From Chiloscyllium plagiosum (lineage: Eukaryota), in the NCBI RefSeq assembly GCF_004010195.1, contig NC_057717.1, positions 106,197,735 through 106,257,370 on the forward strand: 59,636 nt of DNA, given 5' to 3'. Positions 12,354-23,944 of this stretch are shown here, piece by piece. The notes beneath the pieces are model-generated. The model searched no databases, was not told the DNA's origin, and saw only the letters and a list, made by a program, of their open reading frames with translations. A program made the position numbers and the translations under genes. How positions within the stretch are numbered: the stretch's first letter is position 1; every line of letters starts with the position of its first letter.

Positions 12354-13200
12354 TGGGAAATGTGTGCATGTTTTGTGTGCAAGGACCTGGAGGGTCCTGC
12401 TGGATGGAGTGTTGCAGAGTTGGGATTCCCCTTTCCCTAAGTGCATCAGTGAAGGCTATGACACCAGACCGAGCTCGCCTCATCTGAGGTTGCCATCTGG
12501 ATTAAAGCACTTTCAACCTTCTGGAGGAATGGAGTAGAAAGACTCAAGGAGGATGGCGGCCTTCCTGGCATTCAGTTCCCCACCCCTATTTGGAAATTCT
12601 CACTGACCAGCTCCAGTAGTTGACCTATTATTTCAAAACCTGTGAAACTGTTATTGGAGGTAGGCCTTGATGTACTGTGCCAGGATCACCTGAGTGAAAG
12701 TAATTTCCTTTGATTTGACTGAGGCCTGCTGACAACTATAACAACCTTCCTTTCTTTGTGTCTATGCTAAATGGCAAGGCAAACAGGTGTACTATGAACC
12801 TGGTATCTCTGGCTGAGGGGACAAAGCATAAAAAGGGGAAAAAAATGTAATGCAAAACTGGGATGCTATGAGCATCCATGCAGACTCAGAGTGAGCGTGT
12901 GATATATCAGTGAACAAAGAGCCCGAGACACAGCCTGTTCCATTCCATGAGTGTACAGTGTTCTTGCTGTGGCATTACAATGCTAGATGCCCAGTGTAGC
13001 CCAAAGAGCAGCATTGAAATGCAGAAATGTTCTGTAAGTGGTTTGGAGATGTGCTGTGAGGGTTCTTAGAGGCTGGCACACATTGGATACTACTGTCTGT
13101 GGCTGTGGTGTGTATGTGGCCAGTGTCCATAGTGTTCTCTAGACATTGGTGCCTGATGTCCCACTTTGGAGGTTATTTAGTAGTAAGCAGCAACCTGCAT

Positions 13201-13492
13201 GGGTAGCACGGTGGCTCAGTGGTTAGCACTGCTGCATCACAATGTCAGAGACACAGGTTGGATTCCAGCCTCAGGTGACTGTCTATGTGGCGTTTGCGTG
13301 GGTTTCCTCCAGGTGCTCCTGTTTCCTCCCACAATCCAAAGATGTGCAGGTCAGGTGAATTGGCCATGCTAAATTGCCCACAGTGTTAGGTGCATTAGTC
13401 AGAGGGAAATGGATCTGGGTGGATTAATCTTCGGAGGATTGGTGCGGATTTGTTTCCACATTGTAGGGAATTTAATTTAATCTAATCTAATC
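13201..13492 (+). mobile_element. HE1-type (V-SINE) SINE
   Basis: tRNA-like head gcacggtggctcagtggttagcac, V-domain gggtttcctcc...cccacaatccaaagatgtgcagg, (atcta)n tail. Confidence 0.9.
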
Positions 13493-13959
13493 ATGTATCT
13501 GTCAGGTACCTGCTCCCTCATTTCCATGTTGGGCTTTCTTGACATCCAGCTTGTTTGGTGAGTTTGGTAAATGGGAAAGTTGAAAATTAATGAGTTAGAC
13601 TGTTAACAAGGCATTTAAGAAGTAATCATTCCCCATAATTGGCAATTCGCCACTGTCTCGCGAGAAACTCACCAAATCACTTCTCAACAGCATGAAAATG
13701 CAGTGAGATGTTCCTGACTAAGAATGCAATCAGCCTCACCAGAAGTCTTGTCCAATTCTGCCACAAATCTTTCTGTAGACCATGTTGCTCAGACCCCTAT
13801 AAGATTTTGCCCATTCTCTTTCTAGACTACCTGTCTGATCCTGGGAATGTTGACCCTCTAGAAATAGAATTGGTGCAGTGTCCCAGTTCAGATTCCAGTA
13901 TTCTCAAACACAGTTATTGGACTTTTTGAAGTAATACTATTGAAGTACATACTGCTTGT

Positions 13960-14190
13960 TAGGAACATAATTACAGAAGTAGGCCATTCAACTCCTCAAG
14001 CTTGTTCCCCCATTCAGTGAGATCATGGCTGATCTGTGACCTAACTCCAGATACCTGCCTTTAGCCCATATCCCTAAATGCCTTTGCTTAACAAAAAAAA
14101 TATCTATCTCAGAATTAAAACTATCATCTGATCTAGCATCAGTTGTCGTTTAAGGAAGAAAGTTCCAAACCTCTACCATCTTTTGTGTGT
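13960..14190 (-). mobile_element. CR1 3' end fragment
   Basis: gtaggccattcaactcctcaagc...gatcatggctgatct is the reverse complement of a CR1 3' UTR. Confidence 0.65.
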
Positions 14191-14548
14191 TACATCCTCA
14201 GCATGTCCCAAAACAGTTCACAGCCAATACAATTGATATCTAAGGAAACAAGTTCATCATTCATCAATGACATGAAAGACCTGATAACCTGTTCTCATGC
14301 CCTAGATTAAGTGTTCAAATCTGTGGTGAAGAACTGAAGCCCATGCTCTTCTAACTCATAGATGAGACTCCTACCCACTGAGCCAAGGCTGACACTTTTA
14401 TTACATATTTCAGTCTCAGCCTCCCAACTTTCTCCCCAGTGTTTCTGTTTGTTCTTGAAAAGCCACTATTTGAATAGTAAGATCCCACAATCCTCAATGA
14501 GACAAAGGGCTTGTTAACTTCTTTTTGAGTGGTTGGTTAAAGGTAGTA

Positions 14549-14774
14549 GTTGAAACTTTATTGCTGGAACAGCACAGCAGGTCAGGCAGCATCCAGGGAA
14601 CAGGAGATTCGACGTTTCGGGCACAGGCCCTTCTTCAGGAATCAGTTTCCTGAAGAAGGGCCTGTGCCCGAAACGTCGAATCTCCTGTTCCCTGGATGCT
14701 GCCTGACCTGCTGTGCTGTTCCAGCAATAAAGTTTCAACTTTGATCTCCAGCATCTGCAGACCTCACTTTCTCC
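14549..14774 (+). mobile_element. Short PLE fold-back insertion: perfect palindrome plus 34-nt tail
   Basis: Perfect 94-bp arms 14548-14641 and 14647-14740, spacer tcagt, tail 14741-14774, TSD ttaaaggtagta at 14537-14548 and 14775-14786. Confidence 0.95.
14647..14681 (+). ncRNA. Minimal hammerhead ribozyme motif (mirror copy on minus strand at 14607-14641)
   Basis: ttc-CTGAAGA-a-GGGC-ctgt-GCCC-GAA-ACGT-C-gaa; stem I ttc/gaa, stem II GGGC/GCCC, palindromic stem III. Confidence 0.75.
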
Positions 14775-15539
14775 TTAAAGGTAGTATCTTGGTCAATACA
14801 CCGAGGAAAAAGAAACTGCTCCTTTTCAAGTAGTATTTTCAAATCTTTAATGCCTATTAGAGTATGAAATTAGTACTCTAACTGTTTTTTTTAAAAATAT
14901 TGCATGTTCTTCATAATGTTAAATTGAATTGTACTTATTTTCCATACAATTGTCACATACAATTTTCTTAGAGTCCTGAGGAATTGCTCTGTGATGTTAT
15001 TGCAGCTGCGCTGTGTGAATGCAGAATATAGCAAGGAACATGTGTAATGAATGATTGAAAGATTCTATTTGATAGACTAATGTAATGATAACTAATTTTC
15101 TGCTAACAATTTAATTTTCACATGTGACTGTGGTATTGTGTCAGAACACATTCATCATACTGCTTACACATTCATGACATTGCAAGTACATTCAATGGAG
15201 AGAGTCATGAGTATTCAATTAGTTCTTGGCTTTTTAAAATTATTGTATCTTACAGTATACTTATAGTAAAAGATTTAAGAATGCCAAAGTGCCCTTGTAT
15301 GGGTAAACCTACTTTGTATGTAATCATTGAAATGACACAACCTTTAATCTTAACATCCACTATTAACATTTTACAATGATTATCTGTGTTGGATAATCCT
15401 GTTACCAATTTGCAAAGTTAAAACTCCATATCCCTGATCACACCCTTCTAATACAATTTTCCAATATTCATTCAACCTGTGTATTGGTCTGGTTAGTTGC
15501 CACATGTGAAACAATTAAGAAACTTCAGAAGTTTAATAC

Positions 15540-15853
15540 AGATTAGATTAGATTCCCTACAGTGTGGAAACAGGCCCTTTGGCCCAACAAGTCCACACCG
15601 ACCCTCCGAAGAGTTACCCACCTAGACTCATTTCCCTCTGACTAATGTACCTAACACTATCAACAATTTAGCATGACCGGTTCACCTGACCTGCACATTT
15701 GGATTATGGGAGGAAACCGGAGCACCCGGAGGAAACCCACGCAGACACTGGGAGAACGTGCAAACTCCACACAGGCAGTCACCCGAGGTGGGAATCAAAC
15801 TTGGGTCCCTGGCCCTGTGAGGCAGCAGTGCTAACCACTGAGCCACTGTGTTG
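15540..15853 (-). mobile_element. HE1-type SINE
   Basis: (tagat)n tail on the left; V-domain and tRNA-like head in reverse complement. Confidence 0.9.
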
Positions 15854-16640
15854 GCATGGAAGGTGTGAGAAGCCTGGAGAGGGTGGAGAAGGGGCATCAG
15901 TTGGGATGGTCATTGGGGTCCTAATGTAACATGGATTGCATGGACGAGGCATGAAGAAATGTGTGGGTATGTAACGGGTGAGGGTTGGATGGATGTTTTA
16001 TGTCATATACTTTTAAAGAAAATTTTGGATTTAGTGGTCTAGATCTGATGTAAGTCTTCCACCAAGCTGCCACTGTGCTTGTTCGAGGATCACCCAATCC
16101 AATCCCAGAGGTTTGATCTCATTCTTTGCACTGAGGATACTCTATCATATTATAGGCATCACCACTCTGCTACATTGTACAAACTCTGAACAGATTTAAC
16201 AAATCAAAACTGGACATCATTGAAGTGCTCTGGACTATCAACTGCAACAGAATTGTATTCAACCAAAGTATGTACCTTCATGGCCCAGCATATCCCTCCA
16301 CTCTACCAATAATATCAGGCTGGAAGACCAACCTTGACACAAAGAAGAGTGCAAGAAGGTGTGTCAAGAGCAGTACCCACAATACCTAAAAATGAGGTGT
16401 CAATCTAATCAAGCTACAATATAGGGCTTTTTGCATGGCAAGCTGCAAGATTTGTGGGTGTGTGCATTAACAGTTGAAGGTGGCAGAAGAAGTTAAGAAA
16501 CTGCTAAAAACGCATGTTGGACCTTGGGCTTCTTAAATAGGGGCAGGGTTAAAAATCTAATGGAGGTGTTTAGAATCATGGATAGTTTTAATGGAGAAAA
16601 TAAAGGATAATTCTTTCCATAGCAGAAGGTTCACCAGAAG

Positions 16641-17010
16641 ATGGCACGGTGGCTCAGTGGTTAGCACTGTTGCCATACAGTGCCAGGGACCTGGGTTCAG
16701 TTCCAACCTTGGGCAACTGTCTGTGTGGAGTTTGCACATTCTCCCTGTGTCTGTGTGGGTTTTCTCCGGATCCTCCCACAATCCAAATATGTGCAGGTTA
16801 GGTGGATTGTTTCATGCTAAATTACCCATAGTGTCCAGGGAATTGCAGGTTAGGTGGGTTGGCCATGGGAAATGCAGGGTTACAGGGATGGGGTAGGAGT
16901 GGGTCTGGGTGGGATGCTATTCAAAAGGTTGGTGTGGATTCATTGAGCCGAATGACCTGCTTCCACACTGTAGGGATTCTATGTCTACTCTATGATTCTA
17001 TTCTATGATC
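16641..17010 (+). mobile_element. HE1-type SINE inserted in a highly decayed CR1 remnant (~16430-17300)
   Basis: ggcacggtggctcagtggttagcac head, V-domain, ctatgattcta tail. Confidence 0.85.
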
Positions 17011-17754
17011 TAAGACACCTATCTGACAAAAGTTTCAGAGGTGTTGTGAGGAATTCTTTTTTTAGTCCAAGCCATTGCTGTCAGCAATGCCTGAAGAAAG
17101 TATTAGTCGGCACAACATTGAGGGCCGAAGGGCCTGTACTGCACTGTAATGTTCCATGTTCTAAAGCAGGATGATGGTGAAAGCAGATTTAACATTGATA
17201 TTCAGAAAAGAATTGGAAGGACTTTTTTTGGGATTTGTTGGACAGTTCTATGAAACAGTGAGTACATGAAAGATTAAGTTGAATGATTTCTGCTCAATAA
17301 ATGACTCAAAGGAATTGAAAAGAAAGTAATCATTTAGTTTGGCAGAAGTGTCTTAAAACATGTTTTAAAACATATCAAGGAGTCAGGTCTAGCAATATGT
17401 ATATCTGATTTCGCTTTCCAAAACTGCACTTCAATATGAATTGAAAAAGGAACAGTGATCTTGCTTGTCATGATTTGATCAAATGCAAAATATGACAGAG
17501 AACTATGTACAAGAGCACAGACTTTTCTACTTCCGGAGTGTGGTGACCTCAATTGCAGAACCAGTACATGCCAATCCTGTTGAAGACAAACTGCAACTTT
17601 CCAGTTGTACATTACTATAGAGAATTGGGTGAAATTTCTGTCAGTGGAATGACTCCTGTCTAAACGTGAAATAGGTGCCACACCCACTTTAAAAATAGCC
17701 TTTCAGGGCCACTTGGAATCAATTTCCAACTGCGCATACATCTGAATTAGTAAT

Positions 17755-17910
17755 TCCAGACACTCTTTACAACATTAACTCGCACCAAGTCCCGTTGACC
17801 AATCAAGTCTGTGCTGACCTATATTGTTTCCCAGTAGATCAGCATCTTGATTTGAAAAATTTCATTCAGCGTTCAAATCTCTTCATGGCCTCATTTATTA
17901 CCCCTAACTC
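17755..17910 (+). mobile_element. L2 LINE RT C-terminal fragment
   Basis: Frameshifted RTKSR..VLADL...QHLDLK..FKSLHGL-like segment typical of L2. Confidence 0.5.
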
Positions 17911-17929
17911 ATCTTTGTTTGCACAGATG

Positions 17930-18320
17930 ATATGTGACTGAATCAGGCTATTTGGCTCAATTAGTCCATGTTGATATTTGTGCTGTACTCAACCCTCTTC
18001 CCATTTTTCTCATCTAAGTATATCATCAAAACCCTCTATTCCCTGCTGCCTCCTATGTTTGCCTAGCTTCCCCTTAAATACATCTATAATATCAGTGTTA
18101 ATCATTTGCTATGATAGCATGTTGAATATTTTCACCATTGTTGGTGAATTCTTCCGAATTCCCTAGTGATGTTTTTGGTTGACTATCTGATATTTTTAGT
18201 ATCTAGTTATACTCTTTCTCACAAGAGGAAACATTCACTCTTTATCTACTCCATCAAAACCTTAAGCAATGTTAAAAGCCTCTATTAGGTCACTCCAATT
18301 TTTTTTCTTCAGGAGAAAAT
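17930..18320 (-). mobile_element. Decayed CR1 3' end
   Basis: Reverse complement of a CR1 3' UTR and ORF2 end (caggctatttggctcaattagtccatg; ctagcttccccttaaat). Confidence 0.5.
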
Positions 18321-19717
18321 TTGCTTCAGCCCTAATTTGTCCTCTTGTAGGTCCCTGATTTTCTTATATTTACCATTGATATCCTTCTATCAAGTTTGTA
18401 AACTCTGCAATTCTTTTCCTAAATGCTAATTTTCAATAGAAGGCTGTTTCTCTTATGTTTGAAGTGGAGAGAAACAACAATCCTTAATATGATGCTATAT
18501 CTGGTTTGCTCAAAAGCCATTAAAATCGACCCTCAAGAGATATAATGATTTCAAACATGAATTAATAATTGAAATGCTCAAACACTCAACCACTTGAGTT
18601 AAAAAACTATCCCATCAAATCCTTCTACATTACTGTTCATTTACCTAGTTTCTTTCATGTGCTCAGCTGTCCCCTGCATCCCTACACAACTAGATACAAA
18701 CTGTTCAGAGTGCATTGGATAATTGACCAATTTTTCCCTCAAAAAAAGTGGCAAGAAGGTTAAAGTCCAAACTCCTGCTGACATGACCTACAAATGATAT
18801 CTTGATTACAAAATTCTGAGTGGAAAGAATATGGTCAGTGTTGCAGCATGTTTGTGGAAATTGCACAATTATTTATGCTCTTTTAAACGCACATTCAATA
18901 TTGACCAACATTTTCACTGTTACTCTGTTTGCAGCAAAGATAGTTTTTAATTTGCCAAAATAAAATTAAAGTATGACTTGATTTTCCTTCAAGGTGTGAA
19001 ATGCTCTTTTTTTGCCTCATAAGGTTTAACTTTATTCTTCTTCCTCTCTACTTTCACTCCTCTGATGTCACAAACACCAAAGGATTCTGTTCAGTGCATT
19101 CACAATGAAGGACAGAGAAATAGAGTTAATGTTCCGGTCATGAATTGGGAAATGTTAGGAAACTAATAGCTGATGTAGAAAATGGGGGAGGATCGAAAAG
19201 GACAAAAGAGTAGGACTGTGATTGGGCTAAGTGCTTATCCTGGCTCTCTGTCAGTTCTACTCTTGAGGTGGTTGCTGAGGTATACAAAATGAATATGCAC
19301 TGACATTCAATTTTTTTTTTACACCAGTTGTGGAGAAGTTCCATTTAAAAAGCTTGTCTGTGGGGAGCTTTCAAGGTAGAGCTGACTGCATCAGTTTGGG
19401 TGGCATAGTATGCTGATATCTAGGAGTGCACCTTTATTTCTTGCATTTGCTCTGTTCTTTGTTGGTTGTTGCATATAGTATAGACATAATCAGTATATTA
19501 TATAAGGGTCACTTGGCCCAATAGATAGACCCTAACTAAACCTATTAATATGCAATTCCCCAAACTAACATATGTACTACTGTAGATTGCATTAAAGTCA
19601 GCATCTGAAAGTTTCAAAAATCCTTACAAAAACAGAGATCAACTTGTAAACTGAGATTAAATATGAACTGCTGGTGACAGATAGTTGTCATTTTGAAAGT
19701 AATGTGACATAATTTAT

Positions 19718-19985
19718 TCACAGAATCTCTGCAGAGCAGAAAGAGATCATTCAGCCCATCAAGTCTGTACCAACCTTCTAAAGAGCATCCCATTCAGACC
19801 TACCCTATCCCTGTGACCCCATATTTACCATGGCTAATCACAACCCTGGACACTAAGGGGCAATTTAGCATAGCCAGATTACCTAACCTGTACATCTTTG
19901 GTTTCTGGGAAGAAAGTGGAGCACCCAGTGGAAACCCAACCTTCACAGGAGAACATGCAAACTCCACACAACGATCAAACTCAGA
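19718..19985 (-). mobile_element. HE1-type SINE, partial and diverged
   Basis: ggacactaaggggcaatttagcatagcc...cctaacctgtacatctttgg...catgcaaactccacaca. Confidence 0.75.
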
Positions 19986-20039
19986 TCTTCAGATCCATAT
20001 AACCAACAAGGGTCAAGATATCCCTGTGAAGAAATAACA

Positions 20040-20170
20040 CCCATATTGCAGGGGTCCAATGTCAATAGTTCAACCTTTGAATGTACACATTAATAAGCTA
20101 TTCAAGAATTGTGTTTACCCCAAATGTAACAAATCAATGTTTGATGGAGAAAAACCTTCACAAAGACCAT
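20040..20170 (+). pseudogene. pogo-family (DDE_1) transposase remnant
   Basis: Translates SIVQPLNVHINKLFKNCVYPKCNKSMFDGEK/TFTK, matching the pogo QPLDVxxNKPFK...GEKTFTK motif. Confidence 0.6.
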
Positions 20171-20431
20171 GATTTGATAATGAAACTGTATAAAACATCA
20201 AGCTGGCTGCACATATATTTCCATTCTTTATAGAAATAGTTATTAGAGAAATTAGCTATTGTTACAGCTTTTAATTTATAAACAACTTCATAGTCATTTA
20301 TTTTGCTGGATGACCAATTTTTATTTGTCATAAATCATGCCATTTTTGGCCTTCTCTATGTCAGTGTCTGAGATTCCTTCATGTCATCTTTGCAACACAG
20401 CCCATAGTGCCTGCTTCATTTCATGCACTGG

Positions 20432-21155
20432 TTAGAGAAAACACTGCAGATGCTGGAATCCAAAATAGACAAGCAGGAGGCTGGAATAGCAAGTCAGGCA
20501 GCATCAGGAGGTGGAGAAAGTGTAACCCTTCTTCAGGACTGGGGTGATTGTAAGGAGAGCTGCAGATAAAGGGGGTGGTGGGGACAGCGTGGTGAGGTGG
20601 GGATAGGTGAAGACAGGTAGAGGTATGACTTGTTTGGTCAATGGGAATAATGAATCCAGTTGGTGGCAGGGAGCAGTGGGAGGGATGGGGAGGGGCTGGG
20701 AAGGGAGTCGGGGGATGGGGAGGATGGTTATTTGAAATTAGGGAACTCAATGTTGAGTCCTCCAGACTTTAGGCTGCCCAGGCAGAGGATGAGGTGTTGT
20801 TTCTCTGACTTGTGATGTGGTTCGTTGTGGCAATGGAGGATGCCAAGGATGGTCATGTTGGAAAGGGAGTGGTTGGAGGAATTGAAATGGTCGGTAACTA
20901 GGAGGTCTGGATGGCGCCTGCGGTCCTGGCTGAGCTGCTTGGTGAGCTGTTCCCTAAGTTTACTTTTGGTATCCCCAATGTAGAGAATACCACATTGGGA
21001 GCACCTGATGCAGTAAACAAGGTTGGAAGAGAGGCAGGTGACCCTCTGTCTCACCTGGAAGGACTGTTTGGGGCCCTGGATGGAGGTGAATGGGGTGGGG
21101 TACCAGCAGGTTTTGCATCTTTTCCGGTTGCAGAGGAACGTACCTGGGTGGTCGG
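20432..21155 (-). mobile_element. Penelope-like element 3' part with GIY-YIG endonuclease
   Basis: ORF 20728-21054 TCLSSNLVYCIRCSQCGILYIGDTKSKLREQL..HFN..EKQHLILCLGSLKSGGLNIEF; pLTR tail ccagcatctgcagtg. Confidence 0.9.
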
Positions 21156-22637
21156 TGCTACTTGGCCTCCCGAATGTTGTTCCAACTGGTAATTAAATGC
21201 ATTTAGTATTAGATCCCAACGTTGAATTCGGCCTGAAGCTATGGCCATGCCTGATGTCTTTAAGTAGGCCTTGCAGGGGTTTGTGGTCCATAATTATTAC
21301 CAATTTACATCCGTAAAGGTATTGGTCTAACGTTCTGAATCCAAACTTGACCGACAAACAATCCTTCTCTATCTGGGTGTATATACACTCTCCTTAGTCA
21401 AAATCCTGGATGCATATGCTATTGGGCATTCCTCTCCCATGAGCCACCTATGAGCTAATACTACCCTAATGTAATTTGGTGAGGCATTGCGTACCAATCC
21501 CAAATCATTCTTGGGATCATAGAATGATAGCTGTTTGTTCACTTCCTTGAAGGCTATGGCTTGGCTACATGCCCATTTAGAAGGCTGACCCTTTAAAAGT
21601 TGATGCAAAGGTGCTAGGGTGGAGGCTAGGTCAGGTAAGAACTTGCAATAATAACACAGCAGCCCAAGGAAAGTCGGAAACTCCCGTACAGACGTGGGAG
21701 ACCTTTATTCACCCTCAATTATCTCCTAACAGGTGTTACCTGGTCTTGTTGACTCTGTAGCCCAAGTAGGTCACTAAGGGTGCCTGGAACCACCAATTTT
21801 CCTTTCTAAGGTGTACATCTGCTTGGTAGAAATGTCTAATGACTCCTTATTGGTCTTTCCTGATCTTAGCACATCGACCGTATAAAATGTTCTCCACGGT
21901 CTGCTGAAAGGTGGCACAGGCTGATGATACCACAAATGGCAGTCTCATATATTGGTACAAAACTTTTATGGGTATTAATTGAAGCACATATCTGGGAATC
22001 CTCATCTAACCACAATTGCAAGTACGCATGGCTAATGTCCAGCTTTGTAAAGGCCAGCTATGTGTATAAATCCTCAATGCGAGAGATTGGGCATTTATCT
22101 AGCTATGAAAAGTGGCTTACTGTTTTTTCAAAATCCCCACAAAGACGAACCGACCCATCAGGTTTCACAATCAGTACGACCGGTGCTGCCATTCTGTGAA
22201 TTGGACTGGTTTGCTGATTCCTTTGCTTTCTGGCCTTCTAATTTCTGCCTCTGCTTTTGCCTGTGAGGCAAATGGCACTGGCGGGCCTTGCAGAATCGTG
22301 GAATTGCTTCCGGATCACATACAAGGTGGCCTTAGCTTGTTTGATAGTCCCTAGACCTTCCTCAAAAGCGTCTGGGTATTTATTTAGAATTTCACTCAGG
22401 CAGCTATTTTCTAATCAGAAAGTGTTAAACCAATCAAGGTAGAATCTTTCTCAACCAATTTCACCCCATCAAGCTTGGGCCTGAACCTTTTACTACAATC
22501 ATTAAACCAGGCACTTCTCATAAAAGAGTGGAACTGAAGTAACACCCTTAATCTGTAATGGTTCCCCAGTGCAGGTTCTCACTCTCGCTGAGGTCTTGCA
22601 CAAATTTAAGGGCTGGACTCCAGAATGAATTTTCGTA

Positions 22638-22757
22638 AACAAAAAAGATGTTGTTGGAAAAGCTAAGCAAGTCTGGCAGTTTCTGTAAAGAGAAATCAGA
22701 TGTTTCAGGTCCAGTGACCCTTCCTCAGAACAACATTTTGAGTTCCAAATTCTGAAT
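22638..22757 (-). mobile_element. PLE pLTR fragment inserted in the Gypsy element
   Basis: ggaaaagctaagcaagtctggcag...gtttcaggtccagtgacccttcctcag; imperfect TSD tgaatttt(cg/gt)taaa. Confidence 0.55.
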
Positions 22758-23891
22758 TCTGAATTTTGTTAAAGATTGGTTCTGTGATCATTGAAACAGC
22801 CACGCTAGTATTGACCTTCACCAGAACTGGGTGGCCATTTAAGCAGACATTTATTTTGATTGGTTCTGATTTGGATATTGCTAAGAAATTTAACTGTACC
22901 AAACTAGATGTAGATGGACTATCCAAGGTGTGTACTTTCCAGGTAACCGGCCTATGAGTTCTCTTACTCTAATTAGGTCTAGTGGGATATTTTTGCTGTC
23001 TTGAGTCCACGTGACGGCAGCAACTACAATTATTTGCCAGCCTGGATCCTGAAGAAAATGTTAACCATTTGGCTGAGGTTTGTCTTTGTTTTGGGGTTCT
23101 GCTGTGGACTGATCTAGAGTTCCTCTGTTCAGGATATATCCTGAGTGAGGCTATGCAATTGCCTTCACTCAAGTGGTGTTCCCCAAACTTAGTTGGACTG
23201 ATGAGGGTGTCCACTGTAACTCATACAGTTCACTTGCCTCATTTTCCAATGACAAATCCATTTGTAGTGCCTGTTTGAAGTCATGTTGGGATTCAGCTAA
23301 TAGGTACTTTTGCATGGTTACATCATTAATCCCATATATCTTTTTTGCAGTATCTCTTATTAAAGTTTAAACCAAAGTCACATGCCTCTGCCAGTCCTCC
23401 TAACCAAGTCAAAAATCCCAATACGGATTCCCCTGGTTCTCGAGGAGGCATCTGTCAACTCTTGAAAGGTTTTAGTATCTGTGTGCCTCAGGGAAAATTA
23501 GGTTCCTAATAACTGAAAAAAGCTGAATAACTGAATAACTGCAAATCCACAAGCTGTCAGGAGAATTACTTATTGCTTTTCATGTGTCCCAATGTCATTT
23601 GTCCAGAAAAAAATGATACATTCTTTCCACGAACTGGGCTCAGTCATCGACGCAGGTTTGAATAAGTCATACTTCTCAAATAACAGCATGATGCCAGAAA
23701 GGCTTATGTCAACTCAAAGACGACTGTTGCTAGCGAATTTCTTCAGGAAAGTATCCTACTCTCTTCACCATTGATATAATTCTACAGAGGCCGGTATCCT
23801 GTCACCAAGTTAGCCTTTATTTACATGAGGAAAGACCTTGACATTGATCCAGCTCCCAGAGTGAACAGGATGTCTGACACTCCTGTTCCTA

Positions 23892-23944
23892 GTTACAAAT
23901 CACACAACACCAGATTATAGTTCAACAGTTTTATTTTTGGAAGT
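23892..23944 (-). mobile_element. Tiny PLE terminal fragment within the LTR
   Basis: aaatcacacaacaccagattatagttcaacag, homologous to 54455-54500, flanked by the 13-bp TSD actcctgttccta. Confidence 0.7.

Larger units (their letters stand above)
6527..13812. mobile_element. Old PIF/Harbinger-like DNA transposon hosting nested insertions
   Basis: Degenerate TIRs gggcttaattgtagggttctaag and (rc) gggcaaaatcttataggggtctgag; 3-bp att on both flanks (6524-6526, 13813-13815); Myb/SANT-like remnant DL.VLLDGVLQ near 12385-12435. Confidence 0.4.
14200..14855 (-). mobile_element. Decayed DeuSINE-like (SacSINE1-like) remnants, interrupted by the palindrome
   Basis: Reverse-complement head gtgtcagccttggctcagtgggtagg (14360-14395); body pieces aagatcccacaa and ttggtcaatacaccgagg flank 14549-14774; the name is from memory. 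Confidence 0.45.

Noticed and set aside
14514..14744. Paired near-identical ORFs on both strands (also 11869-12082)
   Set aside because: By-product of the palindrome; TTG starts and no recognisable protein
17334..17687. 117-aa ORF in unique sequence (also 52693-53145, 150 aa)
   Set aside because: Non-ATG starts and no recognisable domain; the second ORF crosses LTR and LINE boundaries
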